The translations under genes were made by a program, and so were the position numbers. A stretch of 64,000 bases of DNA, taken from the human T2T-CHM13v2.0 reference genome, Homo sapiens. Positions 27,310-41,799 of the stretch are shown one piece after another. How positions within the stretch are numbered: the stretch's first letter is position 1; each line of letters starts with the position of its first letter. The notes beneath the pieces are model-generated. The model did not search any database. It saw nothing but the letters and a program-made list of their open reading frames with translations, and had not been told where the DNA came from. The stretch lies in the NCBI RefSeq assembly GCF_009914755.1, contig NC_060928.1. The stretch is one strand, 5' to 3'.

Positions 27310-27480
27310 TCAGCTTTGTGATTAGGGAAAATTACTTCACCCTTTTGAGCACTTCACCTCTGTCTTCTCATCTGTAAAAATCTAAAAATGTATAGCCATT
27401 TACAAAGAGTTGTTGTGAAGATGAAATGAGAGAATATGTTTAAAATGCCTGCCACAGAGTAGGTGCTCAATGAATGAAAA
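27310..27480 (+). mobile_element. MIR
   Basis: tctcatctgtaaaa...gttgttgtgaagatgaaatgaga...gtaggtgctcaat. Confidence 0.8.
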
Positions 27481-27529
27481 TTGCTTCCTAGTAGTGTATT
27501 ACCTTAGAAACCATGAAAACTCTAAAAGA

Positions 27530-27740
27530 ATAATCATTTTGCATTGCGAGAGTTAAAAACTGGAAACAATCTGCATGTTCATGACCAGGCAATGGTTAAA
27601 TAAATTATGATACATGCATACAAAGAAATAGTATGTGGCAGTTTAAAAAGTTAAAGCTGTATTTACTGATGTTGATGGATTAGTGCAGATGTTCAAGATA
27701 CACTATTAAGTGAAAAAAGCAAATTGAAAATAATGTAGCT
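27530..27740 (+). mobile_element. L1ME-type fragment
   Basis: aaaaactggaaacaatctg...atggttaaataaattatgatacat...attaagtgaaaaaagc. Confidence 0.7.
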
Positions 27741-27741
27741 A

Positions 27742-28032
27742 GGCCAGGCGCGGTGGCTCATGCCTGTAATCTCAGCACTTTGGGAGGCTGAGGCAGGCAG
27801 ATCACCTGATGTCAAGAGTTAGAGACCAGCCTGGCCATGAAACCCCATCTCTACTAAAGAAAAATACAAAAATTAGCTGGGCATGGTGGCATGCACCTAT
27901 AATCCCAGATACTCAGGAGGCTGAGGCAGAAAAATCACTTGAACCTGGGAGGCAGAGATTGCAGTGAGCTGAGATAGATTGTGCCACTACACTCCAGCCT
28001 GGGGGAAAGAATGAGACTTCATCTCAAAAAAA
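27742..28032 (+). mobile_element. AluS element
   Basis: ggccaggcgcggtggctcatgcctgtaat through gagacttcatctcaaaaaaa. Confidence 0.93.
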
Positions 28033-28465
28033 GAATGTACATAATATTCTATCCTTTGAATTACTCATAATTGATATGAGAATTTCCCACTTGTGGAAAT
28101 TTAGTTTGGTTTCTGCTTTCCCTCCGGTTTAATTAACAACTCTCTACAAACAAGCTTCTGATTTTACCCCCACTTAGGACAGATTTCTAAAATGGAACCT
28201 GCTTAGTCAAAATATATGTATTTTGTAAAGCTTTAGATAGATATTGTCAAATTGCTTTGCAGTTAGACCATGTCAATTTACAATTATATCTGAGCTGTTT
28301 AAAATTTCCCATTTCCCATGCCCTATTTATTTTGCATACTTTTTTAACTGTTAATTTCACAGTCCAGATCTGTTTGGAGTCATTTTATTTGCTCCAGTCA
28401 TTTTTTATTACTATTGGAAATGAAAATTTATTTTATATGCATGCTACTATATAATATTCTTATTT

Positions 28466-28812
<347 letters not shown>

Positions 28813-29421
28813 TAGGTTTTTAATGGGAATTTTAAAATAAATTTTTAAAGTATTCTATGTGTAGAGGGTAGAAAACTTTTGGCTATCATATTTTTAGTGA
28901 TATACCAAAATTTATATTCTTTTAAAGTTTACAGTTGTTTTGTCATGCAAAATTTTTAAATTTTTCTATGATCCTAACTACTGATTTCTCTTTCTGATAG
29001 CTTTCATTGCTTCTATATTTAAAAAGATTCCTATACTAGAATCAGGAAAATAGTTACATATATTTTCTTCTAAATTTGTTTATCGTTCTTTTCATACATT
29101 TAAATCTGTAATTCTTCTGGGATTTGGTAGAATAAGGTTAGAATCTTCTTGTTTTGTTTCATCAGTTATTATTTTTCAGTAACTTTTTACTGTTGGACTT
29201 ATTTCAGTATCTTGTTTTACCCATATTTTATACTTGGCTTGGAGTCCCATCTCTCCTGGGACCCAGTAATGGGTTTCAGGCAGTAATCTTTTCACAGCTC
29301 CTTACAGTGCCATGAATTTGAAGGAAGAGCTTTCTAAGTGCTGAATTTTCTCAGCCAGTTACATCGTTTGCTGTTGCTGTTGTGTATGTGTAACGGTTTT
29401 TAGCACTCTTTTTATACATTA

Positions 29422-32400
29422 TTAAGAAACAATTTTTAAAAGAAGATAGAATCATCATTCTCACACAGATATAGAGTGAATATATGGCAAAGATTTTTAA
29501 CTCATTAATTAATGAGGGACCAGTAAGGTATTACAACTGATTCCAGAGAATTCAAAGAGCAGAGACATAAAAAAGGAATAAACAGATTTTAAAATAAATT
29601 TGCAAATAAATAAAAAGCATCAATGCAAAAATGCATTGTATTCCACTGAACACAACTATTTTGCATTACTACAGACAAGAATTATTTGAATTATTATCAA
29701 ATTTCTAAAAGTTGCAGAATTGTAATATAGATCATAAGTGAGAAAACCTAAATGAGTGAGTAATCAAGATACCCACTGTTTGATTTTTTGCCCATTTCAA
29801 AGTTTTTCACAAGTTTCCCTGGCAGTCTGTCTCCTTTCCTCTTTTTATCATAATAATTTCGGGAAGGTTATTCTTGATCATAAAATGCAGCTAGTCTTAT
29901 TAGGTTTGCCTTACTGTTTATATAGGTATCTCAAAAGTGTTATTTTACCATATAGGTCACCTTAAGTTTGCATTGTAAATTCTAAGGCTATACAATTTTG
30001 AACAAATACTAAATTAAATTCTGTCTGGAAGTATTCATAAGGAATCTCAAATTGGACTTTTAAGGCCCTCTATTATTTGTCGTCCTGCTGCTAGAAAACT
30101 AAATCCAAGAAACTCTGTCCGTAAGATTTCACCTATAAAACCTGTAACTTTGGGTAAATTATTCTCTTCTAAAAGTCCCCAAATACCTTAAGATAACTTA
30201 TACATAGTATACAATATTCTTGACTATTAAAGCCAAGGAGTAGACCAGATTGTACAGAAGGTCTTTGTAAATACTACCTCCATAAGTCAAGTCGAACTTA
30301 ATTCCTTAAAAGTAGCTGTTTCTGTGTGATTCAATGAACATTGTTTTCAAACATGACATTACGGGGAAGGCTTTGGTTTTATAATTTGTACAATTACATC
30401 CTGGTAAAAAGGATGACAACTTCTTACTGAACTGATGCAGATCACTAAATGGCCATGGAAAGTAAAAAGACTCAATAAGAATTTCTGAGTCCTAGAGAAA
30501 TAAATAAGATCACATGTCATTTTCAAATGTTTCCTTCCATTTTATAAAGTAGATTCTACTAAATTTCTATGGGTTACAGATTTCTTAAGAAGAAGGAGAA
30601 AGGGTGTTCTTATTTATCTGAAAAATGAAACGTTAAGACAATATCAACAATATCCCAAATGAATAACCATAAGAAAATTATCTCATTACTGCATTCAGTC
30701 TTATTACAATTTTAATTCCTACTCTGCTGAATCTTGTGCATCATATGCAGCCCTCTGCTTTGGCCTACAGTGGGTCCTGGAAATCCTGACTCAGTCCACT
30801 CATGGTGCAATCTGAAAGCTGTCTAACCAATGTCAGCTCAGCTTTGAGGTGTCAATACTTAAAGTACCTGGTAGTTATCTTCCATGAGGTTCTAAGACTG
30901 TTCTTTGTTGAAGACATAAATTCTGGATTATAACCTGGAAGAGAGACTTCAGAGAAGCAGCAGAGTAAAACAGTACTATCAATAAACTACAGGGACCTAA
31001 AATCACTGTTGTGGACTTATTACTAATAATTTTCAAATGTGAGCAGTCTGGTGAGAGTTTATAGTAAGAATAATGCAACAGACAAGGAAATTTAGTTCTT
31101 TTTGTGGTATGCAAAACAATGATAATAAAGCCACTGCAAAAGACAATTAGACAAACATCTCTAAGGATAGTGATTAAATCTATTTTCAAAGAAGTTTGTG
31201 AATGATATATCTGATTCAAAAAATGGATGAAAATAATTTTACAGAGGAAGAAGCCTTGAGATAGATATAAGACATAGATAACACTAAAACATAATTGCTA
31301 ATACAAGAAACCAAGTAAAGAAATTTAGTAAGTGTACATAAGGCCTAAACATTTGTATTTTTTAAACAGTAGCTGAAATTATGACTGATAACATACTGTT
31401 GTTGTCTAATGTCATTAGGCAAAACACTGCTACAACTCTGATAAATATAGAAAAATCTGATGGAAATATTTCCAAGAATTACAATCATTATTTTCCTTTA
31501 AGTTAAAAACAAGTAAAGCAGAAAGGGCAATGAAAAAAAAATTTAGGAACTTCTCATAAAGCATATAAAATTTCTGAAATATTTTTGTTAATAACATTAT
31601 GCCTATTCAATTTAAATAAGTAAGGCTGAGCATCTCTTCTGATTTGAAAATTCTTCCCAAGGAATTCCACAAATAAAACTAATTATTTTTAGCACCTCTT
31701 TGCAAAGGTAAAGGAATAACTCTTTGTGATATTTTTGAAGGGCCATCTGGGAAATCTCAGAGATAGTTTTAAGTGTAAAAGATATCCTGACTGTTTTATT
31801 AATTTTTCTATACTTAAGATCCAATTATGAATGGCAAAAATCAGAAAAAAATAATAGAGGACATTTGGACATTTGATTAAAATAAGATCAGGGTACCAGA
31901 GAAATAATAATGAGTTAACAATAAGTACATACTTAAAACAATAAAATATTAAAAAATAAACATATACATTAACATGGTTGTAAAGAACCTTAGCTCTTTA
32001 TATGTGAGGAAACTGTTCTTTGAATTCTTTTCCTTAAATAATCAGGGATGTAACAAATTCAATATAAAGCACAGAAAATTATTTTTATAAGACAAAATTT
32101 TTGTTATCTATCTAGGCAGATTACATAGGAAGTTAAAAAAAAAAAAGCCTTTCATTTAGTAGGCAAATAGTAAGCTAAGAAAACAAGCCCATCAAGATTG
32201 GGCAAATTTTACTAAAATTGTAGCACATCTCATAGCTTCTTTTCAGACTCAGGTATTATGAATTAAGGCAGGTAAAATATATTTCCAAAATTTACTCTTC
32301 ATTTTGCTTTTTCATGTCACTGCAATTTTCAGGGGATCCATGAGCACAAAACCATTTTTATATTAATCCTCAAATGTTATTTCTGTTAAAACGTCAATAT

Positions 32401-34682
32401 GTTTGTCATTGCTATGATCAAATGAAGCAGTAACTATTTTTAAAGTTCTCAATTTCAACTTTCAATATGGAAAATATTAACAGTTATCAACTACATAAGT
32501 GAAAGATTTTAGGGTCCTTAGTAAGTCTCAAGATTGTACAGAGGTTCTGAGACTGGGAGAATCAAGGGAGGGAAGCCTGAAAACCACTACTCTATATATC
32601 CCCACTATTATATACTACTACAAAACCACTACAATAGGACAAAATTATTTTCTCTTTGAAACACAAAAGGACATAGACAGTGGTGTCAGTCTGTCCCTAT
32701 TCTCACAGTGTAGTCTTAACTATTCATATTAAAAGGACTTTTACCAAAGCAACTTCTATTTCAAGAAGAAAACTAGGGGCTGATAATTAAGAATTGCCAA
32801 TCTTCCACAAACATTTTAAAAGATGAGCAAAGTTTATGTTGCAACTTCCAATAGCCACACACATACCTTTTTAAAGAGACAAAATTAATACATTCATTAA
32901 CAGGACTCAAAACAAACACATTCTATAGGATATAAGCAAAAGTATATAAACTGAAAATTACGCCTAATAATTAGGCATCAAATTTGTTGGTCTCCTATCT
33001 TAGTTAGAAATCATCTATATATCAAGCGAGTATTCATTGTATAATTCAACTTAATATCAGTCTAAGGTTATGTGTTGCCTAAGGATCTTGGGACCTATAT
33101 TCAAGCTGACTTGTTAAAAGAAAAAAAAAACACAATTACTGTTGAAATAAAGTTGTCTGAATAATGATTCAATTTAGTTGAATATAAATTTATAGTTTTC
33201 ATTATCTAAAATATTGTGTAGGCATATTGTTAGTTAGTAGACCTAAGTAAGTTCAAGAAAAACAAGCCCAAGTAGAATAAAATGTTGTTTATATTAAACC
33301 TAACACTGATAAATCATAGAATATAGCTGCTTATTTTGAACCAAAATTATTACATTAGTCTTGTTTACCAAAGATTTACTGTGATTATGTGAACTTAAAT
33401 TTTAAAAACATTTCTGAGTTTCTGTAAAAATAAGTTATTAAGTATAGCACAATTTAAAATACTATAGCTTTTAATTTCCTAATTTTTGGAATTTTATGAT
33501 TATTTGATTTATATAAGAATGTATTTATATAAGAACTCTATAGGCCAATCAGAACAGAGATTCTTTAATTTAGGAGACATTTTAACCTAATTCATTACCC
33601 TCCAGAGAGAGGAAAATATTATGCACTCATCCAAAAAGAGATAAAGGTCTTTCTAAATTATAAGCATCTAGACACACAGACACAAGACTGCTTATAACTT
33701 CAGATCTAAGTATTAACCACATATCAAAAGTAAACACAGAAAAATCACCAGTTCATATATCAAAGCATTGTACTTTTTCCTGATGGGCGCAAGAGTCTTA
33801 ATTTGAGCTCAAAATAGACAAATAACAACCAATAAAAATAAAATACTTTAAAAAAGATTATTGTCTGTCACACAAGGGGAATAAATCTCTCTAATCCATT
33901 AATCCATTTACAGAAATAACAATGGCTAGCCCACAATGTTCTGAATCACTGCTGTCACCAGTAGGAAATAATATATCAATTGTAAGAGTTCCAAAGACAA
34001 AAACAAAACACAAAAATAGCCAAAAAGGAAAATACAGAAAGAAACGGAAGATCTGCAAAGTTAAATTTCTATTGCTACTGGGGATTTACCTTTGGGAGTC
34101 TGGGCTTAAGCCCCCAGGGGTACAACTTTCTCCACCATGTAGGTTATTCATCTATAAGAGGAATCCACTGACTATTGGCTGAAGAACCTCCAAAATATTT
34201 ACAAGATAATTTTTAAAGGGGTGTAAATAACTCTCATGCAGCTATAACATAAATTTTCAAAAGATTTCATTTAATTCATTAATTATAGAAGAAACCAGTA
34301 AGATGTTATAACCAGTTCAAAGGAGAATTCGAAGAGCAGAACATATCTGTATAGGGAATAAGGAAAATTGAAATAAAAATAGCTGCAAAATAGGTCTCTA
34401 TACAGGGCAATGATTAATTGAATTCCACTGGGCACAATTATTTTGCATCTTTGTGGGCAAGATATTTTCCATTACTATCAGTTTTATACAACTTAAAGAG
34501 CATGGCACATGTATACATATGTAACTAACCTGCACATTGTGCACATGTACCCTAAAACTTAAAGTATAATAATAATAAAATAAAATTTAAAAAAAGAGTT
34601 GTAAAATAGCACAAAAACAATAAAAAGCAAAACTAACTTAGATGGGGGCACAGTCAGGACACCCACTTTTTTGTTTAGCACA
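29422..34682 (-). mobile_element. Ancient non-autonomous ERV1 (MER4-group, possibly LTR37-type) provirus with both LTRs
   Basis: Two diverged direct copies (about 29422-29811 and 34196-34682) share blocks such as ttaa(c/t)tcattaatta, accagtaag, gagaattc(a/g)aagagcaga, attccactg, tattttgcat and acccact. On the minus strand, a PBS-like TGGAGGTTC lies at 34192-34184 and a purine-rich tract abuts 29812. The interior is AT-rich with no intact ORF. Confidence 0.72.
34501..34592 (+). mobile_element. Short L1PA2-like 3' end inserted in the ERV LTR
   Basis: catggcacatgtatacatatgtaactaacctgcacattgtgcacatgtaccctaaaacttaaagtataat plus A-rich tail; TSD AAAGAG at 34495-34500 and 34593-34598. Confidence 0.9.
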
Positions 34683-35539
34683 AGAAATTAAGTACCATAT
34701 GGAAAAGGCAATACCAAAACTTCTCTTTATCCTCAATTCTAAATTTCTAATTATCTCTTCTTAGAAGAGAGAGCAAATAATATCATTCTTTTCTACATCA
34801 AATATACAAAAGGCCTAGTAACTAAAATTTTCTAATTGTACATACTGTGCAACTCTTTTAGAATCATTTTTTTTCTCCTCTGAGCATCAGCTTTACCTAA
34901 ACTTCTTTCTTCTCCCTTATCAATACCACATTAGCAAATACTTATTTCCATAGAGGCTTTCTAGAAGCCTATCAGTATGGTAAACTATGCTAATTTTTTT
35001 TAAAAAAGATGAAATCCTTTTAAAAGGTTATAATTTGAAGGAAGAAAAAAAAAGCAGATCAAGTAGTTTTTAAAGTGATTAGAAAGATGCTTTATGTAAA
35101 ACCCACCATGGACAGACACTTCCACTGATCTAAATCAATCCCAGACTTGAGACATTTTATTTGACAAACTTGAAATCAAGATAGGATTCTTTTTGAATTA
35201 TTACCCTGAAGTCACATGTGTTTGTAAAGCCTTTCGCTAGGAATTCTGAAGTTAGTGACTCATGGGGTTCAGCAGAGTCTAGACAAGCATGATCCTGTGT
35301 CACTGCTTTGATCATGGGCATTTTCAATATCACAACCCAATCATAATTCCAAAGCTCCTAATTGGAATTATGTTCACTCCTGAGAAAAAGACTAGGGGGA
35401 AAACATGTATATATCTCCGTGGAAACAAACTTGCTAGTTTTTTTTTCTGCAATATAAAGCAAAAAAATAAAAAAAAAATTTTTAAAAAAGGCCAAGTATT
35501 TTTATAGACTTGACTAACAATGTAATTTATGTATTTTAG

Positions 35540-35635
35540 GCGCAGCCAGGTGACAACTCTACTAGAATCACTATCCTGACAGAACTCTACATACAAGCTG
35601 TCATTTTTGACCACATTTCCAGAAGGAAGACTTAA
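35540..35635 (+). CDS. CFAP299: CFAP299 terminal coding exon, ending at TAA
   Basis: Acceptor gtattttag|G at 35539/35540. Reads AQPGDNSTRITILTELYIQAVIFDHISRRKT*, continuing the frame of the previous exon; stop TAA 35633-35635. Confidence 0.95.
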   Translation, partial: AQPGDNSTRITILTELYIQAVIFDHISRRKT

Positions 35636-35674
35636 GTACCAACATGTTAATTTCCTAATAATTTGCTAAATTTA

Positions 35675-35757
35675 AATAAATTCCGTAGACAGAGCAAATT
35701 AGAATAATAAATGAGCCCTGTAGCTGGAAGGCAAATTAGAACAATAAAGTTAATAAA
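35675..35757 (+). terminator. Cluster of polyadenylation signals in the CFAP299 3' UTR
   Basis: AATAAA at 35675, 35706, 35743 and 35752, within about 125 nt of the stop codon. Confidence 0.8.
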
Positions 35758-36401
35758 GAAGTTAGAAAGAAAACTGTAATATTGACTGTCTTTTTATTAT
35801 ACAGATAGCCTCTAAGCTGATTGCAACATTTCATGGGAGAGAATTTTGGTGCTACTTCAAAGATACAGAAATTGGTGACTATTATGTAGCTCAGAATTTA
35901 AAAAAAAAAAAAAAAAAGTTCCAGATCCCACTATTGCTAAATCGAATGGACCAAGCTTTTGCCATATGGCAGTGCTGGCTGCTAAAATCATTGAATATTG
36001 ACTGTTAAGGGGTCCCAAATTGGCATACAAGGTTTTCGATAGTACTAAACAAGTAAGTAAAATCTGCAATATCCCATGAAATGATGTATAAAATGAATGA
36101 ACGTGTTTAATATGCATATAAGCTTGGATAACATGAATCCTATAACAGCGAAGCTGAGGAAATGAAATCTAAAGGAAACTAGAAGATATTAGAAAAATCA
36201 AGACTTGATGATAGAAATAAGCACTTTTTCCTAATGTGCCCTGCAGGTGGCTTTTGTGCAGAAAAGATATTATTTGAAGGCCACTTTTATTAAAAATTAA
36301 TATTTGGTTCTTCCTCTTCTTTTTCCCATTCAATTTAATTCCTTTATTTTTAGTGTTTCAAAATATTTTTTATTTTATATTTTAATTATTTTTGATGTAT
36401 T

Positions 36402-37403
<1,002 letters not shown>

Positions 37404-37589
37404 TAAACAACCTTGTACTGAGGGAATTAGGTGGGGACAAGCCGGTGGAAATCTGCTCAGGTGTGGGGTTGGTAGAGCCCAAAGCAGGAAGTCGCAGTTC
37501 AAATGCAAGGGTGTATTCACGGGGAAGTTGATGGCTTGGCGCGATATGCCAGATTCCAAGCAGGTTGAGTGGAGTGGTGTTACATTGGA

Positions 37590-38770
37590 ATTGGGTATAT
37601 CAGGGTGATCTCAGAATTTTCAGTTCATACAATATATAGAACAGATATGGAATATATATATGTGCATGTATAGTCCCTCACTCTGTTCACTGAAAGAGCC
37701 CAGGAGCAGCCACCCACCAATATCAGTGAGCATACCTAATGCCCAGATCTCAGATTCCTAACACCATTTTCCACCAAAAAAAGCAGGGATGGGGATCCTT
37801 GAGAAAACAACTAATTTGGGGGCTGAAGCAGGGAAAATACAAGAGTCTGGAATACCTTGTTGTGCCAGAAAGTAAAAAAGTTCTCAAAAAACAAATGGGA
37901 TTTATCAAAAGGATCACAGAATTCAGTGTGAAGGGTACCCACTGGCCAAATATGGGACCATTAGGGCATCAAAACGATGATAATTACAGAGATAAAGTAG
38001 GAAACAATGAGTCCATACTGATCTACAGACATGAATAAATTGAAAGATAAGAAAGAGGATATTTACATAGTATCCACAAAATATTTATTAATTACAGAGA
38101 AAACAATGGAGATAGCTGGCAGACACCACTTTCAGCAAATGATCAAAGAAAATATCATCAGTAACGAAGCAAAATGAATATGTGCCCTAGCAAATAAGAT
38201 TCATCTCTCAATCAATTTGTCAAATATGACATTTTAAATTGGAAGAGCAAGACTTATCTGATGCAACAGGGGAACATAGCATCCCCTTTGTAATAGTACT
38301 TCCAAAGTTGCATAACCTGAATCTAATCAAAAGAAAACTCAGGCAAACCCAAATCCAGGGATGTTATTCAAAATAACTGGCCTGTAATCTTTAAAAGTGT
38401 CAAGATCATGACAGTGAAGGTAAAAAGGAAGAACTGTCCCAGTCTGAAGAAGGATAGAGAGGAAGACATGACAACCAAATACAACACATGATTCTGAAGT
38501 AGATCCTTATTCTATAAAGGGAATTTGGGGGCAACTGGTGAAAATTTAATTTTTTGATGATTGTATTGTGGTTAGATTTATTTCCTGATTTTGATTATTA
38601 TATTGTGGTTATGTAGTAGAATGTTCTTAAATATAGGAAATTACACTGAAGCATTTGAGAGTCCAAAGGGGATCATGTCAGTAGAGTATTTATAAATAAT
38701 TCATGGGAAAAGGTCTTGGTAGTATACTTACAACTTTTCTGTTAGTCTGAGATGTTTCGTGATCAAATGA
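37590..38770 (+). mobile_element. L1MC/L1MD-type 3' region
   Basis: cctaatgcccagatctcagattcctaacaccatt, gtgccagaaagtaaaaaag, gcataacctgaatctaatc, aaaataactggcctgtaatc. Confidence 0.75.
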
Positions 38771-39400
38771 ATGTTTGACTTATTAAATTTATAAATTAAA
38801 AACCCTAGTTTCATACACTTTATAATGTATAAATTTTATTATTCTATCTATAGATTTGACCAAATTTTAACAATCACTTCTATGAGTCCTTGTATAGTTT
38901 AACTAAATTCCTTTGAACATTTTAAATTTTAATTATAAACTTTATTGTATTTAATTTTCTAAGAATTTTAAATTTTTACCTAAAAATAAGCCTTCCCATG
39001 CATTTAAATGACTATTGTAAATCTAATAAAATAAATATAATGACCCTTATGTTTGCCTAAAATATTCCAGTATGGCTTATAAATGCATAAAATTTAACCT
39101 TAAAATCATATCTTAATCAATTATTCAGTTATCACACTTTAAATGGGAATAGCAAGGCTTATCTGTTAGATATTCTATATTCTAATATGCCAGCTTCTCT
39201 AAAACATAACTACTTATTTTTAAATAGATATTTAAAATTTTTCAAATATCAAACATATTTACAATTTATTCCTATATTTAATGCTAAGTTTTAAAGCACT
39301 AAAAAGTCAATTATATTATCACAAGTAATTTTTATATTAGCCTCTGAATTGAATTTACTGATAGTAAATACTAACTGGAGATTTAAGTTGGGTTATAAGA

Positions 39401-39814
39401 TGTATTAGTTTGCAAGGTCTGCTCTAACAAACTCCCACAGACTGGGTGACTTAAACACAGAAATGTCTTTTCTCACAGTTCTGGAGTTTGGAAGTCTCAA
39501 ATCAATTGTCAGTAGGTCTGGTTTCTTCTAAAGCCTGTCTTCTTGGCTCACTGATGGCATCCTTCTCTGGCTGATGCAACAGGGGAACGTAGCATCCAGA
39601 TGTCCTCACATGCTCTTTCCTCTCTGAGCACATCCGCGGTATCTTTCTGTGTACCCAAATTTGCTCTTCTTATAAGGACACCAGCCAGATTGGATTAGGT
39701 TCTACCATGATAGCTTCATGTTAACTTAATTACCTCTTTAGAAGCCGTATCTCTAACAGATGAACATATAGTTTTCAACATATGAACTTTGGGCAGACAA
39801 TTCAGACCATAGCA
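39401..39814 (-). mobile_element. MaLR LTR, MLT1A/B/C-like
   Basis: tgtattagtttgcaagg...cacagactgggtgacttaaac...tcttcttataaggacaccag...acaattcagaccatagca. Confidence 0.85.
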
Positions 39815-41799
39815 CAGCATGTGGACTACAAACACCCAGGACACTTCCCCGTGATTAGACTCTCATGGCCCATGCTAAGCCAAGTCTAAACCTCTGACGA
39901 TTCCAATATCATGCCTTTTAAATTAAGGTTGTCTTGTTGTCTAAGTGCCCTGGATTCAAATTTCTTATTATCTAATACTCTTGTCTGATTTGAGTTTTTA
40001 TCACCCTCTGAGGTTAACTGAGAGTCAGTGAGTCTATGCATGGTGTCATTCCATTTCTAAATTGTTTTCATATTCTTTCTATTGGCCGGCCAACACTCCT
40101 ATAAAAGATTTCAATGGCATCTGATTGTATGGAGCATATCTCTCAAGTCTTACCTTGTCCTGTTGTCACAGTTCTAACGTCACATTAATGCAACTATTGG
40201 AACTTGGAAATTCCTTTTGCGGAAACTTATTGAGGAGATTTCCACCCAGTAAAGAAGAGAGAGCAATTAGGGAACCGTTATGAATGAGTTCAGGTACACT
40301 AAGAAAGTAATTTTAACCTGAAGCTAATGGTTGAATGCAGAACCAAGGAAAGGGGACATGTGAAATGTACGTGATAATCTGCGAAAAGAACAGTAGGCCA
40401 AAGAGACAGGACCTAAGAATGAGCTAGCCAACAGAATGGAACAATGCAATAAAGAATAAAGCACATTAAGAACCAGACTGTTTGTTAAACTGAGTTGGTA
40501 ATTGGCCACATTACCTTATCTCTCCATACTTTGGCTCCTAAAGGTCACTTCATATTCAAAACATCTATGATTCCTCCTTGCTGTTTTTTTTTAAATATAT
40601 CTATAGACTCCCCCAGCTGAAGAGACTAGCCTAGTAAGTTAGGTGTGAAAAGAATATGTTTGTATTTCAGGAATAATCACAATCAAAGACTTGAACACGC
40701 AGAACTCCTTGTCTATATCATTAGTCCTGAGTTCTTCTCTATTCGTAATTTACTCTTTCTGGAAAACAGCCTCGTGTTTCTCTCAACCTTCTGTTGTCAT
40801 GGAAAATATGTTCTGAACAATTCTAGAGTCTCATACTCTTTCCCTCTCCCTCTCCCTATCTCCCTGCCCCTATCCCTCCCTCTTCTCTCCTTCCCCCCAC
40901 CCCAACCACTTTTTCCCAAGTCCAGAATCCCATAGAAGGAACATTCGACTCAGCTTTGCATTATTTGAGATTTTGTTTGTTTGCTTGCAAGCCACACACA
41001 CACAAAAAAATCTCACACATTGAAACAGAGATAAGGTACAGGAATCCAGAATTGAAAACTGAGACTTGAGAAAGAAAGAATACAGAGGAATTGAGGAAGC
41101 CTCTCTGTCAAGCACTGCCAGTTAGAAAGCTCAGCTCCAACTACTCCCCAGTCTGTGTATGTAAATCCCACATTTTGAATTTCCAGGAGAGGAAACCTGA
41201 TTGGTCACACTAGTATCCAGTTTTCCGTCTTGGATAAATCAGCAATGGTCAGGGTTGATGGTTAGACATAATAACTAGAGGTTTATCCCTGTGTGTCAAG
41301 GGCAGTTTCCAGAGAGAGGGAAATTTTCATGAGTTGAAAAGACGTAGCGAGAAATATCTACTATAAAATCGCTTGAAACTTGTACTTTGAAACAAACTTT
41401 GCTAAAATTCAGTAAGTGTAATGTTGACTCAATTTAATGTTAAAATTTTTACTGGGAAGGATACTTCTTTCCTAAGTTATTTTGAGTTATTTTAGATATT
41501 TCACCAGGAAGGAGTGTCAATGTTTTATTCCAAATGCAATTTTGTTAATCAATGAAAACTATTTTTATAAATAAAATTAAGTTATATGGTATGCTTCATA
41601 TATAAATTTTAAGATGTATTTCAGTTAAAATGCATCTTGAATGATTTATTCAATACATCTCTCAAATTGGTGTGCTTGTATATTATTTGGAAGTTTTGCA
41701 ACTCTTCTTATGGGAACACTTTCTATGTGTATAGATTTTTCTTTCCCTCCTGGCCAGTAACACTTGATTTATAGACACTGAATATTGAATTTCATGTAA

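Noticed and set aside
29812-34195. gag/pol/env coding capacity inside the provirus
   Set aside because: The ORFs in this span (e.g. 30875..31219, 33922..34182) show no retroviral motifs that I can recognise.
36236-36254. Second CTCF-like word (ccctgcaggtggctt), and another at about 15049
   Set aside because: Both deviate from the core at informative positions; too weak without binding data.
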